UHGV virus genome: UHGV-0363627
Reading direction: 5' to 3' (one strand)
Length of the DNA: 64,000 nt
Origin: a virus
Below are positions 10,343 to 20,820 of the stretch, piece after piece. The stretch's first letter is position 1; each line of letters starts with the position of its first letter. A model generated the notes under the pieces. It saw only the letters and a list, made by a program, of their open reading frames with translations. It made no database searches and was not told where the DNA came from. The translations under genes were made by a program, and so were the position numbers.

Positions 10343-10849
10343 TTACCAATCAGTACATAAAGAAAGTTTAATAGTTTCTTCTCCTAAAATATCAATAGCT
10401 TGTTGAGCAAGTTCTTTAGATTTAAAATATATACCATCAGAACAACAACTTGCTACATATGCTATTTCTATTTTATTACCAGGATAATCTATATAAAGAT
10501 AATATTTATATTCAATTTTATTCTTATTATCCCAATCAGGTTGCCAACCACCATTAAGATATTTAGCAACATTCATTAGTTGATTAATGGCAAGAAGCTT
10601 TTTGGCTTGCTTTTCAGAAGTACAATTATTTGTATCATTATAATCATTATTTAGAGCTTTTATAAATTTTATATTACAAAAAGCATCAGTATAATAAGTT
10701 TTTTTATCTTTAAATAATTCTTTAGCTATATCATCATAAGTAAGTTCTTTTTTAATAGGTCTAAATTTAATAATATTATTTTCTAAATATGCTTCTGTTC
10801 CTTCAGGAATATCAATTTTAATTTCATTAATTGTCTTTTCCATAATCAC
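10343..10849 (-). CDS. hypothetical protein (168 aa)
   Basis: ORF only. Confidence 0.45.
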   Translation of the reverse strand: MIMEKTINEIKIDIPEGTEAYLENNIIKFRPIKKELTYDDIAKELFKDKKTYYTDAFCNIKFIKALNNDYNDTNNCTSEKQAKKLLAINQLMNVAKYLNGGWQPDWDNKNKIEYKYYLYIDYPGNKIEIAYVASCCSDGIYFKSKELAQQAIDILGEETIKLSLCTDW

Positions 10850-10855
10850 ATAATT

Positions 10856-11923
10856 TTAAATAACAAATTCATATTCTAATGCTTCTTTTAATTTTCTACT
10901 TTTATCTCCAAACATTATACTATCCATTCGTTTCGCACCTGTAGCTGTATCAACATTACTATAATAGCCAGTAATAGAATTATAAGCACCCCATGCAGTA
11001 CCAACTATTTCTTTTTGTCCGATACCAACATTATAATAGTCCCAAGTATCACTAATAATATTCAACTTACGTGTACTAATATCTGCATCATTACAAGCCT
11101 GACCATTTCTATATATAACTTGTTTATAACTATGACCTGTATTAAGAAGTTTCGCTTTTTCTTCATCTGTCAAATAAAATTCACAGATATATTTCATAAC
11201 TTGTTCATCAGTCATTTTTATACTTTCTAATAAATTATATGCATCATTTGTAGCTTGTATAATTTGTTTTGTAATTCCTAATACACGATGGGCTTCTTCT
11301 ATATTTTTATGAACAGAACTAGTATGTTTATATGATAAAGCATTTCCACTCTTCAAAGCAGCAGCTAATGTATTTTGACAAATAACCCTAATAGGAGTAA
11401 ATAATATTTTAACTCCACCATTACCATCATGATTATTAACAAATAAAAGATAATTTTCTACAATATCACCTTTTACTCTAATATTATCAGGTAATTTAGC
11501 AGAAACAAATATTCTTTCTCCATTACCAAAGAAACCAGCAGTTTGCCATTTAGCTTCATTTGTTCCTATTGCATCATCAAAGAATTTAAAAGCTTCTTTA
11601 TTTTGAACAATAGTATATTGTTTCTTAACAGTACCTAGAGGAATTTTATAATCATCACGATAAGTACAATAAGCATTAGGACAAGTAGTATATAAATTAC
11701 TACCTAAAATATGTGCATCAGAATCTTTCTTTTTAAGATTATTAAAATCATCTAATGCTTTATCCATATTTATTACATCAATAGGCATTTTAGCAACAAG
11801 TTCATGTTTCTTAACTTCATAGTCAAGACCAGCTTTAATCATTACTTCTTCTGTAGTTTTACAATCTTCTACATTGACAACCCCAGCATATCGCCAGGGT
11901 TGTCCAATAACTCTATAACTCAT
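10856..11923 (-). CDS. hypothetical protein (355 aa)
   Basis: Long ORF. No motif recognised. Confidence 0.5.
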   Translation of the reverse strand: MSYRVIGQPWRYAGVVNVEDCKTTEEVMIKAGLDYEVKKHELVAKMPIDVINMDKALDDFNNLKKKDSDAHILGSNLYTTCPNAYCTYRDDYKIPLGTVKKQYTIVQNKEAFKFFDDAIGTNEAKWQTAGFFGNGERIFVSAKLPDNIRVKGDIVENYLLFVNNHDGNGGVKILFTPIRVICQNTLAAALKSGNALSYKHTSSVHKNIEEAHRVLGITKQIIQATNDAYNLLESIKMTDEQVMKYICEFYLTDEEKAKLLNTGHSYKQVIYRNGQACNDADISTRKLNIISDTWDYYNVGIGQKEIVGTAWGAYNSITGYYSNVDTATGAKRMDSIMFGDKSRKLKEALEYEFVI

Positions 11924-12207
11924 AATTTTATATCTTTAAGTTTAACAACAGCGGTAACTCTAGTAAAAATAACTCCTTCTTCACAATCATCAAGTCCTTT
12001 CTTATTTCTATATTCACCAAGACAATATCCAAGACTATCAATATTTGCTAATTCTCCAGACATACATCCTCCATGTTTTCCATACATACAGCATTGTGAA
12101 CAAGAAAATATATTAGATTTTATATTAGATTTAATACATCTAACAATACCAAAACCTTCAATTAATGCTTCTTCTCCAATATTTAAAGCAAGAGTATTCT
12201 TTTTCAT
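11920..12207 (-). CDS. Cys-rich small protein (95 aa)
   Basis: CSQCCMYGKHGGC ... C ... C cysteine cluster. Confidence 0.4.
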   Translation of the reverse strand: MKKNTLALNIGEEALIEGFGIVRCIKSNIKSNIFSCSQCCMYGKHGGCMSGELANIDSLGYCLGEYRNKKGLDDCEEGVIFTRVTAVVKLKDIKL

Positions 12208-12208
12208 A

Positions 12209-12994
12209 TCATTTAATAGTTAAAGTTTGATTTTCACAAAGTCGAGCAACATTTAATTTAGCTTCTCTAGTAAGAATATAATTTTTATATCTTGTTTTAT
12301 CTATATCGACAGACAAACTTCCATCAGTATCTTCATGATTAAAATAAGTATTAACAATATCATAATTTAATTTATCAAGAAGTTTAATCAAAGGTATGTT
12401 AAATTTAATTTCAACACTAGTAGATTCTAAATCATCTTTAGTAAAATTAATTTGATTTTCTTCAGAACATTCAGCATTAAAATTAGCATTTAATGTACTA
12501 AGAAAACTATCAACATCAATGCTTTGTAATTCATTAGAATCTAATAGCATATCATTATTCCATAATTCTCTTAATCTATCAAAAGCAGCATCTTTTAATT
12601 CTAAAACAAGATTAGTATCAACTTCACAAACTTTACTTGCTCTAGTCATTAATTTACTATCATCTAATTCTATTACTTTATTGCCAGACTTATTAGTATC
12701 ACCATATTTAAGAACTGCATCTAGCATACTGGCTTTTAATCTATCAACAATTCTTTGTCTTGATTTAGATAAAGCATCTATTCTAGTTTTTTCATTTTTA
12801 CAATAATCAATACGAGAAGAAATTTCTGCAATAACTTTTCTATAATTATCAAGTTTTTCTTTAAGATTATCTTGAGTAATTTCAAGTTCTTTTGCTAATT
12901 CTTCTGTTATTTCTCCACCATTTTCAATTATTTCATCTATAATAGATGATAATCTCATATCAATACTATATAAACTTTGATTAATTGTTCCCAT
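12209..12994 (-). CDS. hypothetical coiled-coil protein (261 aa)
   Basis: Heptad-like charged composition. No catalytic motif. Confidence 0.45.
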   Translation of the reverse strand: MGTINQSLYSIDMRLSSIIDEIIENGGEITEELAKELEITQDNLKEKLDNYRKVIAEISSRIDYCKNEKTRIDALSKSRQRIVDRLKASMLDAVLKYGDTNKSGNKVIELDDSKLMTRASKVCEVDTNLVLELKDAAFDRLRELWNNDMLLDSNELQSIDVDSFLSTLNANFNAECSEENQINFTKDDLESTSVEIKFNIPLIKLLDKLNYDIVNTYFNHEDTDGSLSVDIDKTRYKNYILTREAKLNVARLCENQTLTIK

Positions 12995-13171
12995 ATCAAT
13001 AATTCTTTACTGTTTCAATAATAGTTGATTTAATTTTACCGCAATTAGAACAACGATTGATAATAATTTTACCAATCACATTTCCTCGAACATCTTTGCA
13101 TTCTTCTTCTTTATAAATTTCATATTTATGTAAATGAAGAAAACATTTTAAATCTTGCAACTTATTCATAT

Positions 13172-14044
13172 TTATCCTTCTCTAAATTCATAACCTAAAT
13201 CCATTAATTTATTTCTAATCATACCAGCAATTATACGGGCGTTTTCATGTGGTCGTCCAGTAGTTCCATAATATCTTAAATCTAATATATGACACCATTC
13301 TTTATAAGAGTAAGTATATGCACAAATAGTTGCAGTATCAAGAGGAAGAACACCGCGAGCATCTTGTCTATTCATTTTATATATATCTATAAGACGTTTA
13401 TATGAACTAAAACTTAAATCACAAGAATCAAAATATTCATTAAGTTTTTTACTACCTACAGAAAATACTTTATGCTCATCATTATTTATCATTTCTGCTT
13501 CTTCATTCGTCATCCAATGAGGTCTACAAAGAGTTCCATCTTCATATACATATCTAGTACTTCTTTCAGCAATACTATTAGGAGAAACTCTATTAAGTTC
13601 TCTACTAGTACTAATTTGAGTAGTAACTTTAAATGTATATCTTAACATAGGCATAGTTATTTGTCTATGTTCTTCAATACTAATAAATTTATGTCTATCT
13701 ACTTGATATTGTTTAATTAATTTAATAAAAGGATAATCTTCATTATCCATTATAAAATTTCTATTTGTAGAAACATAAGTATAGCCATCAAACACATGAA
13801 TATTAATATAAGGACAATTAGCATAATAAGCAGCTAAATCTCCTAAATTTCTATCATGATTAGGTATCATTGCATAAACACTTTCATGACGAAACATACT
13901 CCAATGTTTATCATTAATCAATCTTCTTATAGTAGCTTCATCATTACCTGTTTCTCTACCATAACAAACTCTTGCACATCTTGCAACATGAGCTTTAGCA
14001 TCTTCTTGTAACCAAAGTTCAACTGAAGGTTCAATAATTTTCAT
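13172..14044 (-). CDS. thyX: flavin-dependent thymidylate synthase (ThyX-like), divergent
   Basis: Segments aligning by eye to ThyX blocks: HWSMFRHE (cf. HGHETPFEH), RELNRVSPNSIAERSTRY (cf. RQWFRHRIASYNELSGRY), RGVLPLDTAT...LDLR (cf. ARIVLPL...LNLR). Confidence 0.55.
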   Translation of the reverse strand: MKIIEPSVELWLQEDAKAHVARCARVCYGRETGNDEATIRRLINDKHWSMFRHESVYAMIPNHDRNLGDLAAYYANCPYINIHVFDGYTYVSTNRNFIMDNEDYPFIKLIKQYQVDRHKFISIEEHRQITMPMLRYTFKVTTQISTSRELNRVSPNSIAERSTRYVYEDGTLCRPHWMTNEEAEMINNDEHKVFSVGSKKLNEYFDSCDLSFSSYKRLIDIYKMNRQDARGVLPLDTATICAYTYSYKEWCHILDLRYYGTTGRPHENARIIAGMIRNKLMDLGYEFREG

Positions 14045-14055
14045 ATCAATTATAA

Positions 14056-14469
14056 TTAAAAATTCGACAAATCTAAATTAATATCATTACGAAGAAAATC
14101 AAAATCTTTTGGATGCATATAATTAATTTTATCCAATGCTTCAACATTATCAAAATAATTTTCAAGAGCATTATCATTTATAAATATATAACTACCAAAT
14201 CTAATTGTATCTTCTTCTTCAAATGTTTTAATAAACAACGTAGCTATTTCTAGCTTTGCTTTACATTCTGGACAAACTACACCATTAATAGTATTAATTT
14301 CTTTTGAGCAATCTCTGTTCATTGTATTAAAGAAAGGTGTATAAAACATCGGTTTCTTACATATATAACAAACAGTAGGTGCAGCATTAACACCATAATC
14401 AGGATGATTTTTAAGTACATTGTAGCTTGCCCGTAGGGAATGCCTACCATTATAACTACAATACTTCAT
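14056..14469 (-). CDS. Zn-finger hypothetical protein (137 aa). The N-terminus carries one copy of the dispersed motif, coding HSLRASY.
   Basis: CYICKKP ... CPECK. Motif copy at 14424-14442. Confidence 0.45.
   Translation of the reverse strand: MKYCSYNGRHSLRASYNVLKNHPDYGVNAAPTVCYICKKPMFYTPFFNTMNRDCSKEINTINGVVCPECKAKLEIATLFIKTFEEEDTIRFGSYIFINDNALENYFDNVEALDKINYMHPKDFDFLRNDINLDLSNF
14424..14442 (+). repeat. Motif copy AGCTTGCCCGTAGGGAATG in CDS 14056..14469. Lies between a 7-bp inverted repeat ATTGTAG/CTACAAT (14419-14425 / 14456-14462).
   Basis: Exact consensus. Confidence 0.85.
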
Positions 14470-15358
14470 CTTTTATAACTTTAGCTATTTCATTATATAA
14501 ATCTTGTAAACTACCATTATTATAAATAGTTTTATCAGCATTAATATTTATCTCTTCGCTAACATGATTACTATTATAATATTCTATATGAGCATCATCT
14601 CGCCAAATACGAATAACTTTACCGCCTGCTTTATGAATAGCTTCTTCTTCATCTTTAAATCTAACATCTGGTATAATACATAAAGAATATCTATTAGCTA
14701 TTTCATGAGCATTATTAATAGTAGGTCTAATCCAAACATTATTATCAAATCTTTTCTTCATTAATTCTGTTCCAATAAATTGAAGAAGAGTTCTAATAGT
14801 AATAGCAATTTTACCGTCAAATTGTTTTATATAATTAATTAATCCTGTAACTTCTAAACTTTTAATATCAATTAATTTATAATCATTAGGATAATTATCT
14901 CCAACCAACTTTTGTTTATCCCAAAGATAATAACCTTTATCTTTATTTTCATTAATTTGTTTTATACTAAGTCCTGTTATAATAGAAAGAACTTGTTTTA
15001 ATGGGTCGGCAAAATGAATAATTAAATCTTCTCTTAATAAAGCATTTGTAACATAATATCTTTTATTCCATTTATCATAAGTTGGATTATTAACTAATAA
15101 TTGATACGTAATAATACTGGCAACAACATCTTTACCACTATGTGCTTTGCCAGCAATTCCAATAATTTTAGCTTGTTTCATATCTTTAAATTTATAAGTT
15201 ATCGTAACAAATATAATATTATTATCAATATCATCAAAACAAACAATCAAGAAATATTTGGCAGAAATAAATTTTCTATTTCGCATTTCTAGCCATTCTG
15301 ACATACTTTTGTCAAAATCCTTACAATGTATCACGACAATATAGAAAATCAAATACAT
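14456..15358 (-). CDS. deoxynucleoside-monophosphate kinase-like P-loop protein. An alternative start at 15181 (MKQAKIIGIAGKAHSGKD) is plausible.
   Basis: Walker A IIGIAGKAHSGKD resembles T4 gp1 dNMP kinase N-terminus (LSGVKRSGKDT). Confidence 0.45.
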   Translation of the reverse strand: MYLIFYIVVIHCKDFDKSMSEWLEMRNRKFISAKYFLIVCFDDIDNNIIFVTITYKFKDMKQAKIIGIAGKAHSGKDVVASIITYQLLVNNPTYDKWNKRYYVTNALLREDLIIHFADPLKQVLSIITGLSIKQINENKDKGYYLWDKQKLVGDNYPNDYKLIDIKSLEVTGLINYIKQFDGKIAITIRTLLQFIGTELMKKRFDNNVWIRPTINNAHEIANRYSLCIIPDVRFKDEEEAIHKAGGKVIRIWRDDAHIEYYNSNHVSEEININADKTIYNNGSLQDLYNEIAKVIKDEVL

Positions 15359-15460
15359 GCAAAATCTGACCTATTCTGAGCCATGTTTTGATATGTTTTG
15401 GATATAAACAAAAAATGCTGCCGACAATGACTTATCATCATTATCAGCAGCAATAACTTC

Positions 15461-15892
15461 TCATCGTATTTTATAAATAATACAATCAGGATTTTCTCTT
15501 TCTTGAACTAATTTTACATCTATATTAGTATCTTGTGTTATATCATAAAATATATCTTTAGTATAAATTTTATATCCACCTGTATAATCTCTAACTAACG
15601 GAATAGCATTATTAACTTTATCTTTATAAAGACAAACATAATAACTTCGTTCATTAGTTTCAGCATCATATTTATGTAATATCTGATATGATTTAGCTTT
15701 ATAATCAGTAAATATAATTATACTTTGAAAGAATACTGAATAATAACTTTTATTTCTATCAAATACTTTATTAGATATAACTTCAAATTCAAGATTAATA
15801 TCTCCTGTTATCTTCTGTGTAGGTTTAGCCGTCTTGACATTCCCTACGGGCAAGCTACGTTTTACAAAATTAAATCTTACATTTTTTACCAT
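15461..15892 (-). CDS. hypothetical protein (143 aa); motif copy near the N-terminus codes SLPVGN
   Basis: ORF. Motif at 15838-15858. Confidence 0.4.
   Translation of the reverse strand: MVKNVRFNFVKRSLPVGNVKTAKPTQKITGDINLEFEVISNKVFDRNKSYYSVFFQSIIIFTDYKAKSYQILHKYDAETNERSYYVCLYKDKVNNAIPLVRDYTGGYKIYTKDIFYDITQDTNIDVKLVQERENPDCIIYKIR
15838..15858 (-). repeat. Motif copy (R) CATTCCCTACGGGCAAGCTAC in CDS 15461..15892
   Basis: Exact consensus. Confidence 0.85.
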
Positions 15893-15893
15893 T

Positions 15894-17084
15894 CTAATCT
15901 ATTAAATAAACTTCTCTAATATGAAATGGACAATTAGTAACTCCACTTCTTTCGCCAAAAGCAATAAACACACTTTTACCTATATATTTTTCTTTATTAT
16001 CAAGTATTTCTTTTTGTCGTTCATGTGGATAACTAAATCTTGTTTCAAAAGTTTCATTATTAATATCATTACGACAAGTTATAATAGGTAAATCTCTTTT
16101 TTGTTCTTTTTGAATATCAATAATAACAAATCTTCCATCAGTTTTATCTTTATATTTAGTTAGAAAACCAACTCTACGTTTACCAAATTGATATTCAACA
16201 TTAGGATTACGAAGTATAAGACCTTCAAAACCAAGTTTTATAAAACAATCACGAGCATATATAGCAGTATAATCATTTGATATTTCAACACGAGGAAGAT
16301 AAACTAATCTATTAGTATTATTTAGATGAGCATCTTTATTTGCAAATAAAATTCTATGATTGTTTAAATAATTATCAAGAATATCAAATCTATGCTCTTG
16401 TGTCATATCAGCGATAGCTAAATCATAACACCAAAATTGTAATAGTTTATTTCTATCATCAGTTTTATCTTTAACAAAATGATTAATCTCATTTATACTA
16501 TAACCAGGAAGATAAACTTCACCATCAAGAACAAAATGTTCAATCACCATTAAATCTAATAATTCTTTTGGCAATACTGATAATAAATAATCTTCAAGAC
16601 TATCAAGAGTAGTCCAAATAAGACCTTCTCTACTTTGAAATCTTAATCGTGTAGAAGCAAATATATCATTATCTTGATAAGCAGATATAAAACATCTTAA
16701 ACCATTAATTTTCCATTGTCCTAGCATTAATGAATATTTCTTCCATAAATTGCTATTATAAGTTTTCGCTAACATAGCAAGAAGAACATCATTGTTATTA
16801 TTACTTCTATCATAAGGAAGATAATTATTCAAATAATCTAAAGAAGGAAAATCATTAACAGTATTGTCATCACGTATTTCATTAGCAAACATATATCCTT
16901 GTTTAACTTTTTCATTAATACGTGATTTAACTTCTTTCAAACCATCTTTTTGAGTAACAATATATTTTTCTTGACGAATAGTTTTACCAACAACTCCATA
17001 TTGTACAACTATTGAATTATCATTTAACTCAACACCCCAACAACATGGTTGTCCAGTATTATTTCTTCTAAATAACCATTGCAT
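15894..17084 (-). CDS. ATP-dependent DNA ligase
   Basis: KINGLR (motif I KxDGxR variant), EGLILRNP...YQFGKR (motifs IV/V), size 396 aa. Confidence 0.6.
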   Translation of the reverse strand: MQWLFRRNNTGQPCCWGVELNDNSIVVQYGVVGKTIRQEKYIVTQKDGLKEVKSRINEKVKQGYMFANEIRDDNTVNDFPSLDYLNNYLPYDRSNNNNDVLLAMLAKTYNSNLWKKYSLMLGQWKINGLRCFISAYQDNDIFASTRLRFQSREGLIWTTLDSLEDYLLSVLPKELLDLMVIEHFVLDGEVYLPGYSINEINHFVKDKTDDRNKLLQFWCYDLAIADMTQEHRFDILDNYLNNHRILFANKDAHLNNTNRLVYLPRVEISNDYTAIYARDCFIKLGFEGLILRNPNVEYQFGKRRVGFLTKYKDKTDGRFVIIDIQKEQKRDLPIITCRNDINNETFETRFSYPHERQKEILDNKEKYIGKSVFIAFGERSGVTNCPFHIREVYLID

Positions 17085-17085
17085 A

Positions 17086-17574
17086 TTATTTCTTATTAAA
17101 ATTAAATACTAATTTACCTTCAGGTATTTTAATCTTTTTCGACCTAACAATACCACCTTTATCATTAATAGTACTTATAGTAGTTTCTCCAGTAAACATA
17201 TCCGTTGTTCTAGCTTTTCTAGTACTTCTAGAATTTTTACTAACTTTTCTTTTTCCATCTTTATAAGGATTCATTGGAGGATTAAGTTTTTCATATTCGA
17301 GATTAGCGGCAATTCTTTCATTAAGTTTATCACAATACAAATTATATTGTTCATCACTTAATATATTTTTTGCAACAGCATCTTTAATAGTATAATCATA
17401 TCTTGCTAAATCAGCATAATAAGTATAATAAGTAGTCGCTGTTATTCTCATACCATCAGGAAGATGTCTTGTAACATCTAAACTATGTAACAATTCATCT
17501 AAAACTTTACAATGTCCTTTATTATTAATTTCACTATTAATAAAATTAATATCTATTTTATCCAATTCTATCAT
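17086..17574 (-). CDS. hypothetical protein (162 aa)
   Basis: ORF, basic C-terminal region. Confidence 0.4.
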   Translation of the reverse strand: MIELDKIDINFINSEINNKGHCKVLDELLHSLDVTRHLPDGMRITATTYYTYYADLARYDYTIKDAVAKNILSDEQYNLYCDKLNERIAANLEYEKLNPPMNPYKDGKRKVSKNSRSTRKARTTDMFTGETTISTINDKGGIVRSKKIKIPEGKLVFNFNKK

Positions 17575-17999
17575 AAATCAACTTTTTTACATCTATATAT
17601 TAATATATTCTTTGGTTTTCCAATAAGTAAATGATTATATTTAAACCATAGTATTACATTACCTGTTGAATAAGTTTTAGGAATTTTACCTTCATATTTA
17701 ACAATACCTTCTTCGTAATTAAAATTACTATGTATAGTGTTAGAAAAATCATCTTGATTAATTAAATTAAATTTCTTAATATATTCAACATTTTCTTTAT
17801 CTGATAAATCAATATCACCATAACAATATATATTATCGCTAGTAATTGTTTTATCATCAATAATAATTTTTCTATTTGCTTCTAATTCTTCAACTTGTTC
17901 ATCAGTTAAAGGTATCATCGCAGCAACTTCTTTTGCATAATTATTAAAACGGCAAAGTATTGCTCTCTTCCGTATTCCAATCAATTTCAATGTTTTCAT
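17571..17999 (-). CDS. hypothetical protein (142 aa)
   Basis: ORF. Confidence 0.4.
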   Translation of the reverse strand: MKTLKLIGIRKRAILCRFNNYAKEVAAMIPLTDEQVEELEANRKIIIDDKTITSDNIYCYGDIDLSDKENVEYIKKFNLINQDDFSNTIHSNFNYEEGIVKYEGKIPKTYSTGNVILWFKYNHLLIGKPKNILIYRCKKVDL

Positions 18000-19131
18000 C
18001 TTCTTGTATATAATTTATTACATTTTTAAATAAATTGTCAATAACTTGTATAGAGTAATTTTGTCTTAATTCAGCAAAATCTTTACATTCATATTCTTTA
18101 GGAATAAGTATAGGAGTAATATTGAATTCCTTCTTTAAATATATAGCTTCTTTTTTACCAGTCATATCATTATCCATAAGACTGATAATATTATATCTAT
18201 CTTTTATATTATTAAGAAGATATTCATATTCTCTATCTTTTAATTTATAACTTTCACATGGAATATTAATTAAGCCTATTGTAGCTTGCCCGTAGAGGAA
18301 TGATGACATAGTAGTCTTGTTTAAATAGCTTTTTAAAGCAAGCCTATCTTTAGTAGATTTAGTTATAACTATATAATCATATTTATCATTTGTATTAAAA
18401 TTAAGAACGCCTTCAATATGATTACAATTAGTAATAAATCTAACATCACCTTTCTTACGATTAGGAAAATAAAGTTTAATATTATATATTCCATGTTTAT
18501 CTTGTCCTAATATATAACCATAACATAAATCTTTTTTATTATGATAATATTTAGGTTCAGGATTAATATTACGATTAATATAAAATTGGTCAATAGGATA
18601 AACAAAATTAGTATTAAGCAGACTAATATCTATATCAAATTGTTTCCAATAATTTATATCATAATCTTCCCAATTACGAATTACAAGTTCTATAACATTT
18701 TTTCTATTACGAATATTATTAATACCTATATTTATTTCATTATCTAAATTTTCATCCTTTTCTGTTCCATAAAAAATATCTTTAAAAGTTCTCATTATAT
18801 GTTTAAGAACTTTCATAAAATCATTTTTATTATTTATATCAATATGTGTATTATACGCATTACTTATTACATAAGCGGCAACATCAAAACAATCACCCCA
18901 AAACATTTCATTACCAAAATCTCTAAACTTTAATTTGTTTTTATTATTGTAACGAAAACCAGCAGAAGGATGAATATCTACTCGTAAAGGATTGCTTATT
19001 AAAGTTCCATTATTAATACAATCTTTTATAATATCTTCTGATATATTTAAATATTTGCTGAATATCTTAATTTGACTAACTTTAGAGAGTACATAATCTT
19101 TACTTATTGTACCATTATTTATGTTTCTCAT
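17944..19131 (-). CDS. DnaG-like (TOPRIM) DNA primase
   Basis: TOPRIM-like acidic cluster SLMDNDMTGKKEA. Located in the replication block. Contains a motif copy (SFLYGQAT). Confidence 0.45.
   Translation of the reverse strand: MRNINNGTISKDYVLSKVSQIKIFSKYLNISEDIIKDCINNGTLISNPLRVDIHPSAGFRYNNKNKLKFRDFGNEMFWGDCFDVAAYVISNAYNTHIDINNKNDFMKVLKHIMRTFKDIFYGTEKDENLDNEINIGINNIRNRKNVIELVIRNWEDYDINYWKQFDIDISLLNTNFVYPIDQFYINRNINPEPKYYHNKKDLCYGYILGQDKHGIYNIKLYFPNRKKGDVRFITNCNHIEGVLNFNTNDKYDYIVITKSTKDRLALKSYLNKTTMSSFLYGQATIGLINIPCESYKLKDREYEYLLNNIKDRYNIISLMDNDMTGKKEAIYLKKEFNITPILIPKEYECKDFAELRQNYSIQVIDNLFKNVINYIQEDENIEIDWNTEESNTLPF
18283..18302 (+). repeat. Motif copy AGCTTGCCCGTAGAGGAATG in primase CDS. Flanked by ATTGTAG...ATAGTAG, 30 nt apart.
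   Basis: Exact consensus (A-insert subtype). Confidence 0.85.
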
Positions 19132-19132
19132 A

Positions 19133-19774
19133 TCAAATTATACCTAATCTTTTTAAATGATATTTAGCTATTATTTCTGCTTGTTCTTTTTCTTTATATC
19201 TACCAAAATAATATTTTTTATTTTTATATATAAATTCTACTCGCCAAAGTTTTTCCGTATTATTAAAATAAATACCTTTAGGATTAACAAAATTATTTCT
19301 ATTATGACTATTTAAAGAATAAGTTGTTTCTCTTAAATTACATTTTCTATTATCAAATTTATTTTGATTTATATGGTCTATTATAGTATTATTACATTTT
19401 TTCGGTAGTATGAGTTGATGTAATAATATTTGTTTATTATTTTTATAAGTAACAACATATCCAGCACTAGTTATAGTCCATCTATAATGTTCACATTTGC
19501 TTACATCTTCAATATCAATTATAGCTTTATTTATTATATTATTTTTTTTATCTGTTATTAATATTTCTGCATAATTATCATATATATTTATTTTACTATA
19601 ATCATTAGATGTTTGAACTATGCATCCATGCCGTTTCATTTGTAAATAATGTCTATTACATAATCCTTTATATTTGACAGGATTATTACAACCTTCTACA
19701 GAACAACATTTAATCATATCAATAATATTTATATTAATAAAAAAATGGCTAGAACTAATTAAAGTCCTAGCCAT
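19133..19774 (-). CDS. HNH homing endonuclease with AP2-like DNA-binding domain (free-standing)
   Basis: N-terminal CSVEGCNNPV...CNRHY Zn knuckle, HNH core DHINQNKFDNRKCNLR, C-terminal AP2-like WRVEF...KKYYFGRY. Confidence 0.75.
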   Translation of the reverse strand: MARTLISSSHFFININIIDMIKCCSVEGCNNPVKYKGLCNRHYLQMKRHGCIVQTSNDYSKINIYDNYAEILITDKKNNIINKAIIDIEDVSKCEHYRWTITSAGYVVTYKNNKQILLHQLILPKKCNNTIIDHINQNKFDNRKCNLRETTYSLNSHNRNNFVNPKGIYFNNTEKLWRVEFIYKNKKYYFGRYKEKEQAEIIAKYHLKRLGII

Positions 19775-19792
19775 TCTACTAACAATTAAATA

Positions 19793-20788
19793 TTAAAATG
19801 GTAAATCTTCACCGCTAACAGGAGTACCATAATTTGCATTAGGGTCAAATGCTCCAGCACCACCAATAGGAGTAGCACCACCCATACCAATATTAGTAGG
19901 AGTTACTCCAGTAGTAGGAACTCCTGGAATAGCTGGCATGTTAGGAGTTTTAGGTTTATTTGGAACTTCTTTGTCAGTTACAGATTCTTTAGAAACATCA
20001 ACTCTCAAATTAGGAGCTTTATCTTGATGATAAATTTCAATAGCACCTTCACCAACAAAATTAGTAAAACTATAATCACCAGCTTGATTACCTGAAGCTA
20101 CAGGTGTCCAATACATTTCTTTAGTTTTTCTATCACGAACTCGAACATATTTAAGCAACTTCATCCAAATAGGAAGAATTCCACCTTTATCATTCTTGTA
20201 ATATGGTTTGCCATCATTTTCAAGAATAGCAATAAAGTTTTCAAATAATGCTCTCCAACCAGCTAATACTTCTTCTGGCTCAACAGGAACATATTGTCCT
20301 TCTTCATCAGTATCAACATAAGAAAGTGCAAGTTTATCTTCCATTTCTTCTGTCATTGGTTTACCACGAAGAACAAATACATCAAGAATATGTTTAAGCC
20401 ATCCCATTTGCTGATTAAACTTCCATTCTTCATCACCACCTTCAATAGTCAATGCACTACTTTCAACAGGCATTACACGAAGAGTAATATAACGTCTATC
20501 AGTTTCTTTATCATGATTACTAGCAAAAGTAAATGCAAGATAAGGAACAGCAAGACCAGCAAACGATGTAGCATTATCTTCTTTCTGTGTTGCCCATTTC
20601 ATTTCAACAGTATCAAGATGACCAATAAACAAACCGTTAGAACGATTATAATCATCTTTAGAAAATTTCAATCTACTAGCACCACGAACACTTCCTAAAC
20701 CTCTACGTTTCTTTTTCGGAGTTTCAACATTAGCACCATTAACATTAGCCTCTTCAACATTTGTAACTTGTGGATTAATTGTAGTCAT
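19793..20788 (-). CDS. hypothetical protein with SSB-like C-terminal tail (Gly/Pro-rich linker ending ...GEDLPF)
   Basis: C-terminal acidic-aromatic tip DLPF after a disordered G/P-rich linker, as in bacterial/phage SSB tails. Confidence 0.35.
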   Translation of the reverse strand: MTTINPQVTNVEEANVNGANVETPKKKRRGLGSVRGASRLKFSKDDYNRSNGLFIGHLDTVEMKWATQKEDNATSFAGLAVPYLAFTFASNHDKETDRRYITLRVMPVESSALTIEGGDEEWKFNQQMGWLKHILDVFVLRGKPMTEEMEDKLALSYVDTDEEGQYVPVEPEEVLAGWRALFENFIAILENDGKPYYKNDKGGILPIWMKLLKYVRVRDRKTKEMYWTPVASGNQAGDYSFTNFVGEGAIEIYHQDKAPNLRVDVSKESVTDKEVPNKPKTPNMPAIPGVPTTGVTPTNIGMGGATPIGGAGAFDPNANYGTPVSGEDLPF

Positions 20789-20820
20789 AACTTAATTAAG
20801 TTTTAAAAGATTAATAACTA

